NCBI RefSeq assembly: GCF_000150275.1
Contig: NW_002060972.1
Coordinates: 62,001 to 126,000, forward strand
Source: Trichoplax adhaerens
Lineage: Eukaryota; Animalia; Placozoa
Reading direction: 5' to 3'
Length of the DNA stretch: 64,000 nt
How positions within the stretch are numbered: position 1 is the stretch's first letter; every line of letters starts with the position of its first letter. Below the pieces are notes generated by a model. It was given only the letters and a program-made list of their open reading frames with translations. It ran no database searches and was not told where the DNA came from. Positions 26,201 to 40,914 of this stretch are shown piece by piece. Position numbers and translations under genes: made by a program.

Positions 26201-28454
26201 TCTTCGTAGTCTATTTGTACCAAAGGTTTTTACTAGATGCTATTTAGGTATTTACATTGCAATCTAATATATACTGAATATGGCAGGTGTCACACTATAT
26301 AGATATAGCAGCTTCAGATTAAAATTACTTGGTAATCAGCAAAGCCAACACAATGAACGAAGAATTACAAAAAGTGTTTGGCAACCAAATTAGTAGTAAC
26401 CAATTGTAAATCTATAGTGAAGAGACGTACCTTCCAGAACAGGAGCATCGTTAGACTCGTTATTATTCTTTTGATCGACTTTCAGTGAAGCAATTGTCTT
26501 TCGAGATTTCTCAGACTCTTTAAAAGTCCTCATCTTCTTTGGCTGTGCTTGCTTCACTTTGTGTTCTTCAATGACAGACTTCAAGATGGTTTGATACTCA
26601 ACATCAAAATCAAACTTCCGATATGTTCCAGTAGATAATCTGTCTTTGTATTTATCCCGAAAAGCCAGGTGAACATCTGATATTAGCTTGTCAATATAAA
26701 GTAATTGCACTATTTTCTGATAGGCAACCTAAAATGGATTGATGAAATGTAGCGTACTGTTAGTGAAGCATGCGAAATATAACTATTGTCGCATACGATT
26801 AAGCCTGTATTAAACTAAGGCTGAGTGAATTAAGGTTAATCCAGGATGTTACTGCAGTTTCCCGATTAAATCAATCAGCAAGTGATTCGAAAATACAACA
26901 TCGGCCTATTGAAGTATGTTGGACAGTACAATCACATATTTAAAACAGAATTACTCCATTGGCATAATCAATAATCAGTTAAAGTTGATTGTATTAGTTT
27001 ACGGCCATCTGCAGCAACAGCAACAAAATCATTTTTATAACAAATAACAAAAGCTTCAGCGTTGCGAGTGTTAACATTATAAAATGTAGTGAAGTGGCTG
27101 ATGTTAATTTTCATCACTAATTGTAACGGATCACGATGACATTCAATGAGATAAAAGACTGATTTTCGTTAATAATTAACCGTTGTAAAGGGATAAGTCG
27201 ACTACACTTGATTAATTAATTGTTCGTAAAACTGATGAATGCAAGACTTTGGTTGATATCAAGTCGGCTTTTCGATAAAAGATGAGCTAACTATACACTT
27301 GATATTGCCTAAACATTGTAACAGCATGAAATTGATATATACTAATGGGTTCCGTTCGCTAATGTCCCGTTTGCATGTAACTTTAGTATAACATACGAGT
27401 AAGTCATGGTTAGGAAATAAATGAATTACTTTAATACAGTGTAGGGCAGGTATCCTGAAAGCACCGCTGTTATTTTGTAAAAGATAACAGTAGTAAACAG
27501 AAAATAAAATTACAATCATTGGTATTCTCAAATCGAATCTTAATCAAAAATTCGTTCAGCCGACAGTACGTTGTTGATTCAGGAATGTATTCATAGCTAT
27601 ACAGTATACAAATCATACTTTCTCAAGTTAATGAATTGAATCACGGATGATTACAATATGGATGTATCACCTGTAAGCCTATGTAAAATTACTATTTATG
27701 TATTGAGTATCGTCTATTGAAATCATTATGATGCAAACTTACCACAAAGACCAGTTCAAATTCATTATCCAGCTTATACTGTAATTCGAGACTGTCATGG
27801 GTAAAGGTTGACTTGCCAGTGCGCTCCTATATAGACATGAAGAAGAAATAGATTATGCAACAGTCTGAATATTAGAGTCCCTACTAACATCCGATGATAG
27901 CTCCAAGGGTGATGTATAACATAATGTAGTATGATGATAGGATTTATTGGCTTTTCAAGCAGTTCAACACGCTGTAGCCCCTTGAAGTTGAAATATATGG
28001 TGAATGAGCGTTGGATGGCTGCAACGCCTAAGATCGTTGCAGTTTCTATGGTTTTGGTAGTATATAAGCGTCGATTGCTGTTCAGAATCATCGATGGTAC
28101 CGCCATCCTATCTACATGCTATTGTTTGACCCTCTATAGTAACAGGGTGACTACTACGACTGTATTTTTATTTCAAATTCTCAAATACAAAGCAATTATT
28201 TCATATTGATCAAGGGGCAAGATCCCATTTCATCCGTTCAAGCCCTTTGAATGAACGTTTTTCCTGGGTTGGCTGGGAGATTTTCTACCCTTATCGTTTT
28301 GAAACCAAATCATTTTGTTAAATTGGGTGATTTTTACCTGAAGAATAACGTCCCGTATTAAAGCATTAACTGGCTCTGTAAACGAATGCTGGATGCCTTG
28401 AAAGCACCATAAAACGATCCCACTCTTAGTGAAGATGGTGAATAGATCCAACAT
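23295..28454 (-). CDS. SRPRA: Signal recognition particle receptor subunit alpha, multi-exon
   Basis: Start gccaccATG gives [23 protein letters not shown] GTPase motifs: [80 protein letters not shown]. Confidence 0.97.
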
Positions 28455-28539
28455 GGTGGCAGTCTTTGTCAGGGATTTGTCGTTCAAGGCGAGTAACTAA
28501 CGAATGACTGCGATCAGACTTCTCTAGTGCTAGTATAAT

Positions 28540-29383
28540 CGTATTATTATTATGATAGGGTGCAGTCATGGACGACTGTACGGAAGAAGAACTGGACTGA
28601 TCACTCCCTCGGACAGACGGATGTTTCTAGCCCAAAAGAAGCCGTCGATTTCGCAAAAGGGCTGCTGTACTGTATTGGCTATGCCTCTACCGTGTTGGTT
28701 TTATAAATCATGGGTACTCATTGAAATAACTTCTCCAAATGTTATAGAACTGTTTCCAAGTGGAACTTACTAAAATGGGCAATAAAATTCAAGGCAATAT
28801 TACTTAATTTACAGCAATTCGTATTCGTATTATTATGATAGGGTGAAGTCATGGACGACTGTACGGAAGAAGAACTGGACTGATCACTCCCTCGGACAGA
28901 CGGATGTTTCTAGCCCAAAAGAAGCCGTCGATTTCGCAAAAGGGCTGCTGTACTGTATTGGCTATGCCTCTACCGTGTTGGTTTTATAAATCATGGGTAC
29001 TCATTGAAATAACTTCTCCAAATGTTATAGAACTGTTTCCAAGTGGAACTTACTAAAATGGACAATAAAATTCAAGGCAATATTACTTAATTTTACAGCA
29101 ATTCGTATTATTATGATAGGGTGAAGTCATGGACGACTGTACGGAAGAAGAACTGGACTGATCACTCCCTCGGACAGACGGACGTTTCAAACCTAAAAGA
29201 AGCCGTCGATTTCGCAAAAGGGCTGCTGTACTGTATGGGCTATGCCTCTAACGTGTTAGTTTTATAAATCATGGGTACTCATTGAAATAACTTCTCCAAA
29301 TGTTATAGAACTGTTTCCAAGTGGAACTTACTAAAATGGACAATAAAATTTAAGGCAATATTACTTAATTTACAACAATTCGT
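28540..29383. repeat. Tandem triplication (~280 bp unit) immediately upstream of SRPRA
   Basis: Near-identical units; tatgataggg recurs at 28551, 28834 and 29112. Confidence 0.95.
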
Positions 29384-29538
29384 CCATTGGAAATGAACCG
29401 TTTGCATAGACTAAAGTACGATCAGAACGAAAGTATTTTGGCAGGATATTTTGACCAGACAAATCCGAAAATGTCTGTCCGTCCAAAGGTGACGAGCATT
29501 CAACAGTATTACAGCGCGGTATCCATAGAGATCGGCAT

Positions 29539-29584
29539 GGTCTGGCCCGGTCTGGTCCGGTCTGGTCCGATCCGGTTCGGACCA
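29539..29584. repeat. Pentamer simple repeat (GGTCY)n
   Basis: ggtctggcccggtctggtccggtctggtccgatccggttcggacc. Confidence 0.8.
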
Positions 29585-30852
29585 GAGTCTTTCTTATGTT
29601 TCTACCACTGTAATATTACTGTACTGGACAGTACGCTACCACCTGTAATTGGCATACTGTACTGTACTCCAGCTTGTAGTACTGTAGTACGGAAAGTCTT
29701 CTTATAACGTGGGATGAATTAATGATCTGGACCAAAATCAGCTAATGACGAATATCCATGAGTCCAATTACAATCTTTACGTAGCATGTAGGATAAAATT
29801 TGTCTTGATGATGTTAGCAAGTTAGGATGTACCGTAGTAATGCTCCAAGTGATGTAAATTAGCTCTGTAAATAAGACTCAAGTACTTGAATTACACTCAT
29901 TTGTAGGTTATTATTTAGAAGCCGTAAATTGAATTTATTATCAATCAATTAAGCAGTACTGAAGTCTTAGGATTCCTCAACATAAACTATGCTATACTAA
30001 TCATTACAGGTAAGCAAAGTCCCTCAACCTGGAGATTAGTACTATTCCTACTAATAACTAAGACTAAATGGATATTTGAAGTGCGAACAGGTTGAGTCTG
30101 GGTATTATACCAGAAATCGAATAGGTTCATCAAAATAAATCCTTATAAGTTATAGCTAAATGTCCTCATGAGAACATTGAATAATACGTAAAGTAGCTTT
30201 AAATGGAGATACATGTAAAAAAAAATGGATTAATTGGCTTTTACGGTATCAAAATTGAATCTTTATAGGCCAATGACTGAGTAAAGTGCAAGATAGCCGT
30301 TAATGACAGTAAATTAATGAAGATATAGCTAAAACTGCAATGATCAAAATACAAGCAGATGCAGAATGAGCGATAGACCAATGGTAACTATAGAAACTGT
30401 CTATATCTAATGGATAATTGTATCTGAGGAAAGGAGAGACTTTAGTGTTTGTATTATTCTACTGTTGAGACTAATTATTATGTTGAGTGTCTCTTATCAT
30501 AAAATCATTTACTTAACGACGGTGTAGATATCTACTTCTTTGTAATCGAGCAATATGACAGACTGAATGTACTTCAAAATTGATAGAGCTTAAGATAGTC
30601 TGTCTCTATGAATTCATTAGTTATTTCAAAATAAAGGATCGGCTACGATAAAAGCACGAAACAATGTAGTATCGCAAACATGAAGTATTTAGATTGAATC
30701 TGCTTCTATCCATCTCATTAATGTCCTCCTTCCTTTGCTATTCGTTTTGGATACTCCATTCTAAGCCATATAATAAAATGTTTCGATCTTCTCATGTTCT
30801 CTTTCAGATTATTCTTAACATATATGCGGCTTGTAAATAGCGTCTCGATGAA

Positions 30853-33800
30853 ATGGTTTTAAGCAAAAAGATTGAGAATGTCATCGATAAGGAATATCAA
30901 TTGATTATTAATGATATTCCACTAGCTGATTATTTATACGATCTACGAAGTATAGGATTGATATCTGACGATGAAGTTATCAAACTTAGAGATGATTGCA
31001 AGAATAATAAAGAGCGAGTATTTGAATTTTTAAAAATATTGAAGTCAAGAAGTGATGAAAACTTCTTTCAATTCTGCTGTATACTCAAGGAAAGTCAAGT
31101 CAGACATATTCAAGATATTGGTAAAGCTTTAGAAATTGAAGCTAATATCCCTAATAAACATAGTAAGTCCAATTATATTCCACATATACTAAGTGTCCAG
31201 GTATAATACTAATTGTTTAAAATATTCAGGGTTAGTTAATGAATAAAAGCTGATGTTCTCTAACCTACTATTGAACTACGGGCGTAGTTACCTTAGAAAT
31301 TGCTACTTTAGGTACAGAATTTCATAACTACATTTCACTGATCTCATACAATTTCTAGCTTACTTAAATTTAGGATAGAAATTAGGCTATTTTGAGATAT
31401 ACTATGGGATCTAATTCAAAATATCATTTCAAACTTATCCTACTTTATTCTAATTTAGCATATCTAATAAGTCAAATCAGTCAGCTAAAATTAATCTTAT
31501 AGTGAACTTACGAAAAATTGTAGTTTTATTAAGTAGGCATGGTACAACGTTGTTAAATTTTATTAAGCAATAAGCATCTTTAATATTCATCAAATTTTAT
31601 ATCAATATCCTATATGAAGCTCAAATTCAAGCAACTGCAAGTCAAATTCAGCCAAGGAAAAGTAATTAGGATTATTAAAAAAATACATTAATCTAGCCAT
31701 AATTTTATCTACTTATGTGAATACCTAAATTAACTTCTCAATAGTCGTTTTAACCACTTTATTTCTGGCTCGAATACATAAAATTCTACTGGGTTATTTT
31801 CACTTTATAGCGTCACTAATTGCATTTTCTTACATCTTGACTTATAAAAAGAAAATCCCCTCTTGCATCCATTCCGTGCCATAAAATCAACATTGTTTAG
31901 TAAGAAGGCATCGATCTCGACATCATCTCCAACTAAAAGTATGTCTTGCACCTTGGCAGTTACTAATCTGTCTTACCTATTCTCTGCTAGTATATTGCAG
32001 CTTACTGGTATAATAAGACACTCCAATTCAAACTTGCTCTGTGATATACGAAGGAAAAATTTCAATTATTTAATAAACCTGCCTATAAATTGTTTAAATG
32101 CTAGCATGAATGATATCATTTTATTTAAATATAAGACAGCATTTACATGGCTTGTAACTGTAATAAGCATTATCGTAGTATAGAACACTTTATAAACTTT
32201 AGGAGAAAGTACTTGTATATATTTAGTTACATTTCTTTGCGTTATATAGCATGTTTTCATTTCCACTATTTGCTCATCAGAGACTTTCCCGCTCGCAAGT
32301 TCTTCGCAAAGTGTATCCGAATATTCTTCATCAGAGAATTCTCCATCAAAAAATCCCTCATCAGAAAATTTTCCATTAGTGAATCCCCCATTAGAAAATC
32401 TGTTATTGGAAACTTCTTCATCAGAAATTCCTGTATTGGAATTTTCTACATCCGATTTGTCTCTAGCAAAAAGCTCTTCTTCTCAAATTTCTATACTCGA
32501 TTTTGATGTGCCTGAAAACTTACTTCGAAATCTTCCTCCAACTCCAAGTAATCACTATGTTATGAGAAAGGACGCCGTAAACACGATTTGTGATCAATTA
32601 AAGATCATAAATGATCTATCTGGTCATCTCTTAATCCATGGTATGGCTGGTAGCGGTAAAACAGTTACTGTTTGTCAGTCTGTAAGGCAAGCTGCTAAAA
32701 GAGGCTATTTTAAATCAAATGGTTGTTACTGGATGAAAATTGGTAAGATTGCTAATTATATTATGAAAGTCTATAATCTATTTTAGCATGTACTTTATAG
32801 GCATATAACTCAAGCTGATAATACTGTCATAGATTTCATACTGATTCAATGCTACGGTATTGTAGAGAATCATTAAGTTAATAAATCTGGTAGAGTAAAA
32901 TAACCTATAAATTACCGAAGTAAAATTATGACAGTAAATGTCAAAGACAGCTATAATTAAATGTAGTTGAAATTCTACAGCTGCAGCTGCAACTGGATAA
33001 AAAAATGAATTAAGAAGTATTCCTTTTCCAATATATACTTTTATCAATATAATATTTAGAGTAACCATCAATTCCTCTTAGGTAATATATCAAACGGGCA
33101 GTTATCCAACCAGCTAAAGATATTAGGTATAAGTCTTGGTATAGAGTGGAAGGAACATATTCAATCAATAGGAGAAATTTCTGCAGCTCTCAGTTACTAT
33201 TTGCAGGGTAAATATTTTACCTGTTTTCAGTAATAAATCATTTTAAATTAGATTAAGTCTATTAAGAAATTATTTGATATCTTTATAATAGTCAATAGCC
33301 GAATATCCGATACATTGTTTATTTTCGATGATATCTGGATAAAGGATCATTATAACTACTTATCCTTTGCCAAAAAGTCTATCGCTACTTCACGATTTTT
33401 GTATTATGAAAATGAGCTTACTCACTACTGCATTCGGCTGCCGGTTCGTCTTTATTGAAATTTCTTTCTTGATGCAACATTTTACTTAATCAACGAATAA
33501 CCTGCCTTAGCTGACGTCTTTCTTTAGGAATATGCATCGATGGAATGAAATCCAGAAATACTATTAATCTTATACTCTTCTTCTACTTGCATATAGGAGC
33601 AGTTAGCTTTCGACGAAGCAATAGAATTGCTTTCATTACATCGCCACGATCGCGATACTCAAGTTTTGCGTGATAATCCAATTATCAAGAATGTCATCGA
33701 TAGTTGTGCGGGCCTACCGTTAGCCATCAATTTAATTGGTGGTTTGCATCTAGACACTAACGAAGATTGGAATAAAGCTAAAGCAATCATTTCAAATAAG

Positions 33801-36800
33801 TCCAAGAAAGTTAGATTAGCTAACTATAACTTTAATCTGCATGGAACATTGCAGTTAAGTGTGGAATCTATAGAAGAAAATGATAGACGACTGTTTGAGT
33901 CGCTAGTTGTATTTAAACGCGTAAATATTCCCATCGAATCAATTGCCTCATTATGGAACTGTGATGAGCAAGACACGGACGATCTCTTAGTAGAAATGAA
34001 TAATAAATCATTGCTAAGATATGTTAGAGGAAACAAGTAAGTACTGTACAAAAAGAGTGTAAATAAATTGATTTAGGTCGAGAGAGCATTGCAATTAATT
34101 GCAATATATTCACTAGTATAATGGTTAAATAATCTTTGGAATTAAGTATTTCTAATGGTCATGCATCATAAATTTAGTGAGTTACAACGCATGCAATCGT
34201 TTTCTACAGTACATTAAACTTGGGAACTATAATTATAGTTTGTCTCATTCGCTTTTGAATATATTTGGTAAGTTATGAAATAGAAGATGATCTTCTGATA
34301 ATAAAATATAAAATCTTGCTTAGGCCACTTTCTAGATCAAAGATACCCATTGCTATATAGTGTAAGCTGTCTTGTTAGCATTTCTTATTAAGTGTTAGTT
34401 TATTATTAATGCAATACTTACATCTTCTGCATACTGTACCATCAGCCTGATCTCAAGTTGTAAATTTTTTCAAGGTGTTACTGTGTTATACATGATTTGA
34501 TGGTCGACTATCTTCAACAAAAAATCTACTCTCAGTCATCAAACCAGGATTCTCTTAAAATACTGAACGAGAAGTTGTTGGACGGTTATCTTAATCGGTG
34601 CCATGGGAGATGGAATGTCTTCCCTGATGATGGTTATTTCTATCAAAATCTTATTTATCATGCTTTAATTGCTGAAAGTGATGAAAATCTTACCAATATC
34701 ATGGCTGATTTCAATTGGATGACTTGCAAAATTAGATCAGACAAGATTATCTACAATCTCATCCGCGATATAACAGACTATGTTAATTATTTGCAAGAAA
34801 GAGAGCAGGTGCAGTATTTGGTTGTCTAAAACGACTCGATATTATGTGCATTGATGATTCCATCTCGTAGATAATACTGGTCTAAATACCTAGTTTACTC
34901 TTTATTTTCGATTTCATTGCCATAGATTTTAAACATGATTAAGTAATGCTTATTGAACATCGTAAAATATTAGTCATAAACCAGCAGCAATAGTACAATA
35001 TCAAAATAAGATCAACGATTTAGTATCAGAGTACCATTTTATTAATTTCATATGTAACATTTTTGGGTCAAAAATCTTTTGATTCTAAAGCTCAGCTTTA
35101 TTTTGGCATTGACTGATATTATTGACCCCTTTACACTCACGATTTATTTTGACTTAGAACTGGGAGAACTATAATGAACTGGTTGGGCTCCTAAAACAAC
35201 AGCAAGTCTGGTTTGGTGCAAATAGCGTGATACAAATAATCCTATGGGTGGACATGACAAGTAGTTGGATGAAAGAAAGAGCTTTACAGTTAGCAGTCGA
35301 AAATACGCAAGATTCGAAACACAACTTATCCTATTGGACCATAGCAGAGTAAGCTGCAATTAGACGATGACAGAAATTCTATTATATTTCTTTCCCGCAT
35401 TCATTTCTTTGGTATTGAATTGGCAATAGGTGCTCGACAAGTATAATAAATCCATATACATACGATGAATGCAGAGAGTTTGGTAGGTGCAAAATGGACT
35501 TTAATTTATCAATTTCGAATCCAGCCTTTGGACAATGCCGAATCATTGGCACCGAAAACTGCTGGAAAAAAAATTGCCAGATTGTGGTAGGTTAACAATT
35601 TCTAATATACTACTATCAATCTAAAATTTTATTAGTTGAGGAAAGTTATAATCGAGTACCTTGATTAAGCCAGCGTTTTTCAAACCTATTTTCTGATCCC
35701 ATCTAAATTGTTCAATAGCAAGTTGAAAGAATTTGCATTTAATTAATTTTTTTAAAATCATCTGATATCGAGTTAAGGTTAAGGATTGGATATCACACCT
35801 TATTTAATGTTTTATCGATAGATCAAAGACTATGAAACTCTAGATCTTGTGCTCCGAATATCTCCACCGGAAATTTCTATTGAAAGTATTGAAATCGCAG
35901 CTGATGGTTGCACTGTGGCCTTTAAGGATGTCATGGAGGTAGGTGTTCTAAAGTTTTAGTAAGATAAACTATAAATAATTATAGCCTTCCTTTTGTGAAT
36001 AAAAGGTAGTTTTTAAAGGTATCTATAGAGTCAGTGATTACATCAAATGATAGTAAAGAATAGGAAATCACATGTTTATTCTTATAATTTCAAAATTCTG
36101 CCAATAATCGTCGAATTAAAGGAAAGTCTACACTCATTCATAATTATATTTATAATTCAGCTAGTCTTGAGAAAGCAGCTGTTCCTATTACCGTACAATA
36201 TCACCCAAAAATATTCTAAAAGCTCATTATCCTTTTATTTCAATTGAAACAAGCCCTTTATTAATATACTTCTAATTAGACCTGGATTATTTACAATATT
36301 GATAAAAATGAAAGAATGAACTTTGTCGAAAACGATGAGCAAGAAGATGCGGATGATAGATTCTATTCCTTACAATTTTTTACTATGAAATGCGAAAATT
36401 CGTTAATCATGACACTTAATCAAAACAGGCTTGGACTCAGGGTAAGTAGTTTGCAGGAATAAGATAGGGTAGTTTAAATTAATTACGAAATAATCAAGTA
36501 TTAGGTCTTAATTTGATCTATATATATGTTAATAGATTTGGAAAATTGAAAACGATCAAATACTGCCTACCATTAAGCAAATATCAAGTAAATACCAGAT
36601 AGAATCTTGTCGATGGATAATGGCACCAAATCGTAAGCAAATTTTATTGTGGTACAGAAAATTTGATTATAATGGGGACCCGAAGCATAGACCCAAAGAT
36701 AGACAAAACTGGATTAATGAAAGTCAGATTGAGGTAAGTAATGACTCGCTAAATTGAATACTTAAACTTAAATTTGTACTCTAAGATTGGGTAATGCAGT

Positions 36801-39630
36801 GAATGTTGGTGATGATTGCATCTTTAGCTTTGGGATTTGGAAACGTGGTCTATTCAGCGATCGTTGAAAATGCCTGCTTTCGTTTTCAGAAATGCTGGTG
36901 GCTATATTGCTACTAACGATTTTGAGCATGGATTATCACTGTACTGCATTAACTATATAAACAGGAATACCGAATTTATAATTTCGGCATATGGTAGATT
37001 TGGACTTGATGATGGCACGATGGGTCTAATTAAATTGGAAGATGACATCAATGCCAGTCAAAACTTGATTGAATTTTCAAATCGATTTCAGATCATATTA
37101 CATGAAAACCAATACATTAAGAATATTTCTGTATCGGACGATCATCAATTCATCGCTATTGACTTTTCTAGGGAAGATGTAGGGGTTAGTTTAACACTAT
37201 ATTACCTCCCTCACATGTTCATTTACTAGTATCTATAAAAATTAAATCAGAACTATTCTACCTTACAGGAATATGAACTATTAACATCTGGTAACTATCA
37301 GTTTTATACCTATTTGCTACAGGTACTTGTACTCAGGATAATAGAGGATCAGGTCAGATATTATGCAAAAGTTAAACCGTCAGTCATAAGTAAGTCCATA
37401 TTTATTCCTGGCAAGAATCGGTTGCTTGTCCATGATTACTGGGATAAGCATTGTCTGTATGAATATAATTTACAAGGTAAGTTATGAGCGTAGTCAGACA
37501 AACCAAAATGAATTGTCATGGCTAAATTTGTGATAATTACTCAATGTAATGAATGAAATCAAAGGTCATAACATCCATTGGCAAGATATTCAAGATAGCA
37601 ATTCAAACCTGAAATATATTGCACTAAAGGACGGCACTAAGACTACTGTCAAGGTTTTGGATGTATGCATGGCTTACGTAAATTCTATCCCAGTTGTAGC
37701 TGTACTGAATTTGGATATCAACGATAGTTACCAACTTGAGGTAAATTATTGCCCTGTGCAAGTCCATCCAATTTTTCATTGTTTGTATTTAAAATATTAA
37801 TTTATAAAATTTAAACAGGTGTACTGTCATCAAGTGCTCTCTTCTACAAGTATATATCATCATCGGCTTAAACAACAATGTCATCGATGTTTCCTATATA
37901 ATGATTTACGCTCAGCCATAGTGGTACGGATAATAGATGGGGAGTCCAATATCGTCGTTACAGAGGTAGCTATGGTAAATGCCTCTTACAAGATAGATTT
38001 AAAATAGCAGTTCATGTTTTCGGCATTTAAGCTACATTTTAATTTGTCCACTGATCCATTTTCATGGTAGACATCAAGCCGGATTAATTAAATATCAACA
38101 CTCGTATAGAATATTACAATTACTAATCTATTAATATTGTCGTTTTCAACATGTCATTCGTACAGGTCGCCTATTTTCTAGATGCGGATCATGTTGAAGA
38201 ACCTAGAGAGCTTCTGAATTATAGTATACCAAAAGAATGTGTTGGCTCATATAAGATTACCTCGCGACACAGAAAGACGGATAACGTATTAATTTTCATT
38301 ATTCATTCTGAGGTATAAATTAGTTTAAAATTTTATGAAATGATTTGATTTGTTTCCTTATTTGCTAGAATAATTCATTTACTGCCTAATAATATAATTG
38401 AACCAGAAATGAGCCGATATTCTACTTTCATTAGTTTTAATCCTTTTCACTCTTATAGATCTGTTTGGAGGAATATGGCATGTTGATAATTATAATAACC
38501 ATAAATCTTAAGACTGGAAAGAAAATAATTTATGAACAAGATGATATGTATAGACATATAAGCCAAATATACGCTGATGACTGTTATCTATACACTTATC
38601 AAGAGAAAGATACTCTGGATAAAGAAAATTTATGCAATGTTAAAGTAATTAACGTTATTCTAACACTCATTTTATTCCATATCAGTTTTAATTCAATCTC
38701 TAACAGAAATACAATTCAGGCTTAGTGCATCATATCTAAACTTACAGCTTTCAAATAGCAAACTCTTTTGAATTTAGTTTACAACATAATGTGCTATTAA
38801 ATAAGATTGTAGCAGGTAGCAACTGATACGATAATTCGATTAACTACCTAAAAATTTAATTTATTTCAGTGTTACAAGTTTGGGGATGGTAAACAACAAA
38901 CGCAGCTGATTAAGACATATCCATACGATGTCCAAAATGGATCGGTCTTTAAAATTAGTGTAGATTCAAATCAACTCGTTTATAGTCCTGTAATTACATA
39001 CTCAAGAAAGTATAAGAAAAAAGATCTCTTTATTGAAATATATGGAGAGACAAAGGCCGATGCAATTGTATGTCATAATTTTGTATGTTGCTCTACATGA
39101 ACAAAATAGGATTCGAAATACAACATTTAATTCATAATGAACAATTTAAGACGTATTTTTCCTTGAATAATTACATGTGCATTAAATTCAATTGTTCACA
39201 GGTAAATCATTGGTACTCCAGTTACATAATCTTTTTACTAGAAAACGGGGATCATGCAGCGGTAAGGAAATGATGATAACTTAACGCTATCGTTTATTAT
39301 TGTGATAGATTAAGTTGTTGTTAATATTTATAGATACTTAACAAGCATGGTGAAGTAATCATGAAAATGTATAAAAATAGCAAGATTAAAGTGGATCCTG
39401 AAGCAATAATCTTCAATAATGAAAACTTATGGTCAAACAAGCATTTCCTTGCTTATTATCGTAGCCTTTCCAGTTTGCATTTTTATGATTCTAAAACCTT
39501 ACAGCTACAAATGACTTTACCCTTTCCTCACTTTGAAATTATGGATATGCAATGGAATTGTCAGAAATCTTCTTTTATTGTTAGCAATCGATGCGATAAC
39601 TATTACTGCTTTATTAAGCGAATTGAATAA
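30853..39630 (+). CDS. APAF-1-like CARD-NB-ARC-WD40 protein, copy 2 (multi-exon, apparently intact)
   Basis: CARD exon 30853-31162; Walker A IHGMAGSGKT; Walker B LFIFDDIW; sensor-1 ATSR; CAGLPLAI; IHDL; DDGYFYQNLIYH. Degenerate WD40-like exons run to the stop at 39630. Confidence 0.92.
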
Positions 39631-40914
39631 GATTAACAATTTCAGTGCCTATTCTCTTCTACTGTATATTGAAAATAAATTCAAGGAGATTGAATGGCTG
39701 AAATTCAAACGTTTATGAAGGCGATAACTACGATTTCATTTAATTTATACTGCATGGTTTATCTTGAAAATATTACAACTGTACTTCGAATTTGAGGCTG
39801 AGCAAAAGGATATGCGATTCAGGTTAAGCATTTTTTAACTGAATAAATTAATATGTATCATTATATTTGCTGGACGAGTGGTCGACTGCTGACAAATAGT
39901 ATCGATACATTATTGCAACACTATACCATTTTCTTCATGATCACGTTGATTATTTATTTCTGCAATATTAAATTATTAAATTAGAGTATTCTGCTTGATT
40001 AAAACGAATTTCAGTACTTAGCTAGACTTGTATTAGTTATTGTGATAGAATTATTGAAAAACGTAACTATTTATACCATTGAATCATTTAAAAATCTACA
40101 ATGGATGATCGGCAAGAGTATAAAACTACAAGCACTTAGTGCTTCAAGTCTAATTTAGTCGCTTTCTAGTTCATACTCTAAGCTATTTTAAAATATATGG
40201 GATATCCAGATATGCGTTTATATTAAAACATAGAAAGTAATAAGTTCTAAGCATATTATTTCTACTGATCACTGTATTTAGGGTCAGATGTAAGTTAGTC
40301 CTCCTATGATCGATTTCCAATGATAATCGAAGATCGATACTATAAATAATTGGTTTAGTAATCATTATGGAAGTTGACATATCTTTTTGGACATTACGAT
40401 TCTGTACTACTTCCTTCTTCGAATAATATAGCGTTGAATAGGAGCTGTGAGAAAACTATAGACCATAAAAGATAGGTATAATAAAGATTAGATAATACAT
40501 ATAATTTAGTAGAAGAAATAGCCACAGAGATTAAAATGATAAGGAATTGGTGATCTAAATCTTGCTGCCAAACTTCAGCTTCATGAATTTATTGTTTCAT
40601 ACAGTAGACTTTAAATCTCTGCATTTCATACTGAATTGTAAGCAATGTTTAAAATAACATCCATTGCATCTTTCAAATACCGTTAAACTGGCTTTCGCCA
40701 ATTCTGCTGCGTATCCATGCATTTGCTGAGTACATCTACTATTTGAAGAATACTAATAGTAACATATCGGCAATTAGCATACCGGAAGTTGTACGGCCGG
40801 CAGTTTTCGATAGGCAGTTGTCATACATACAAATTACGATTAATTATTAAATGTATATTGTCACTTGCATCTGAAATTAAATAATTTTTTTATGTAATAA
40901 TAGAAATAGCGCTA

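Noticed and set aside
27056-27117. Box C/D snoRNA candidate in an SRPRA intron (GTGATGA...CTGA on -)
   Set aside because: No terminal stem and no rRNA complementarity I can recognise; such a box pair can arise by chance.
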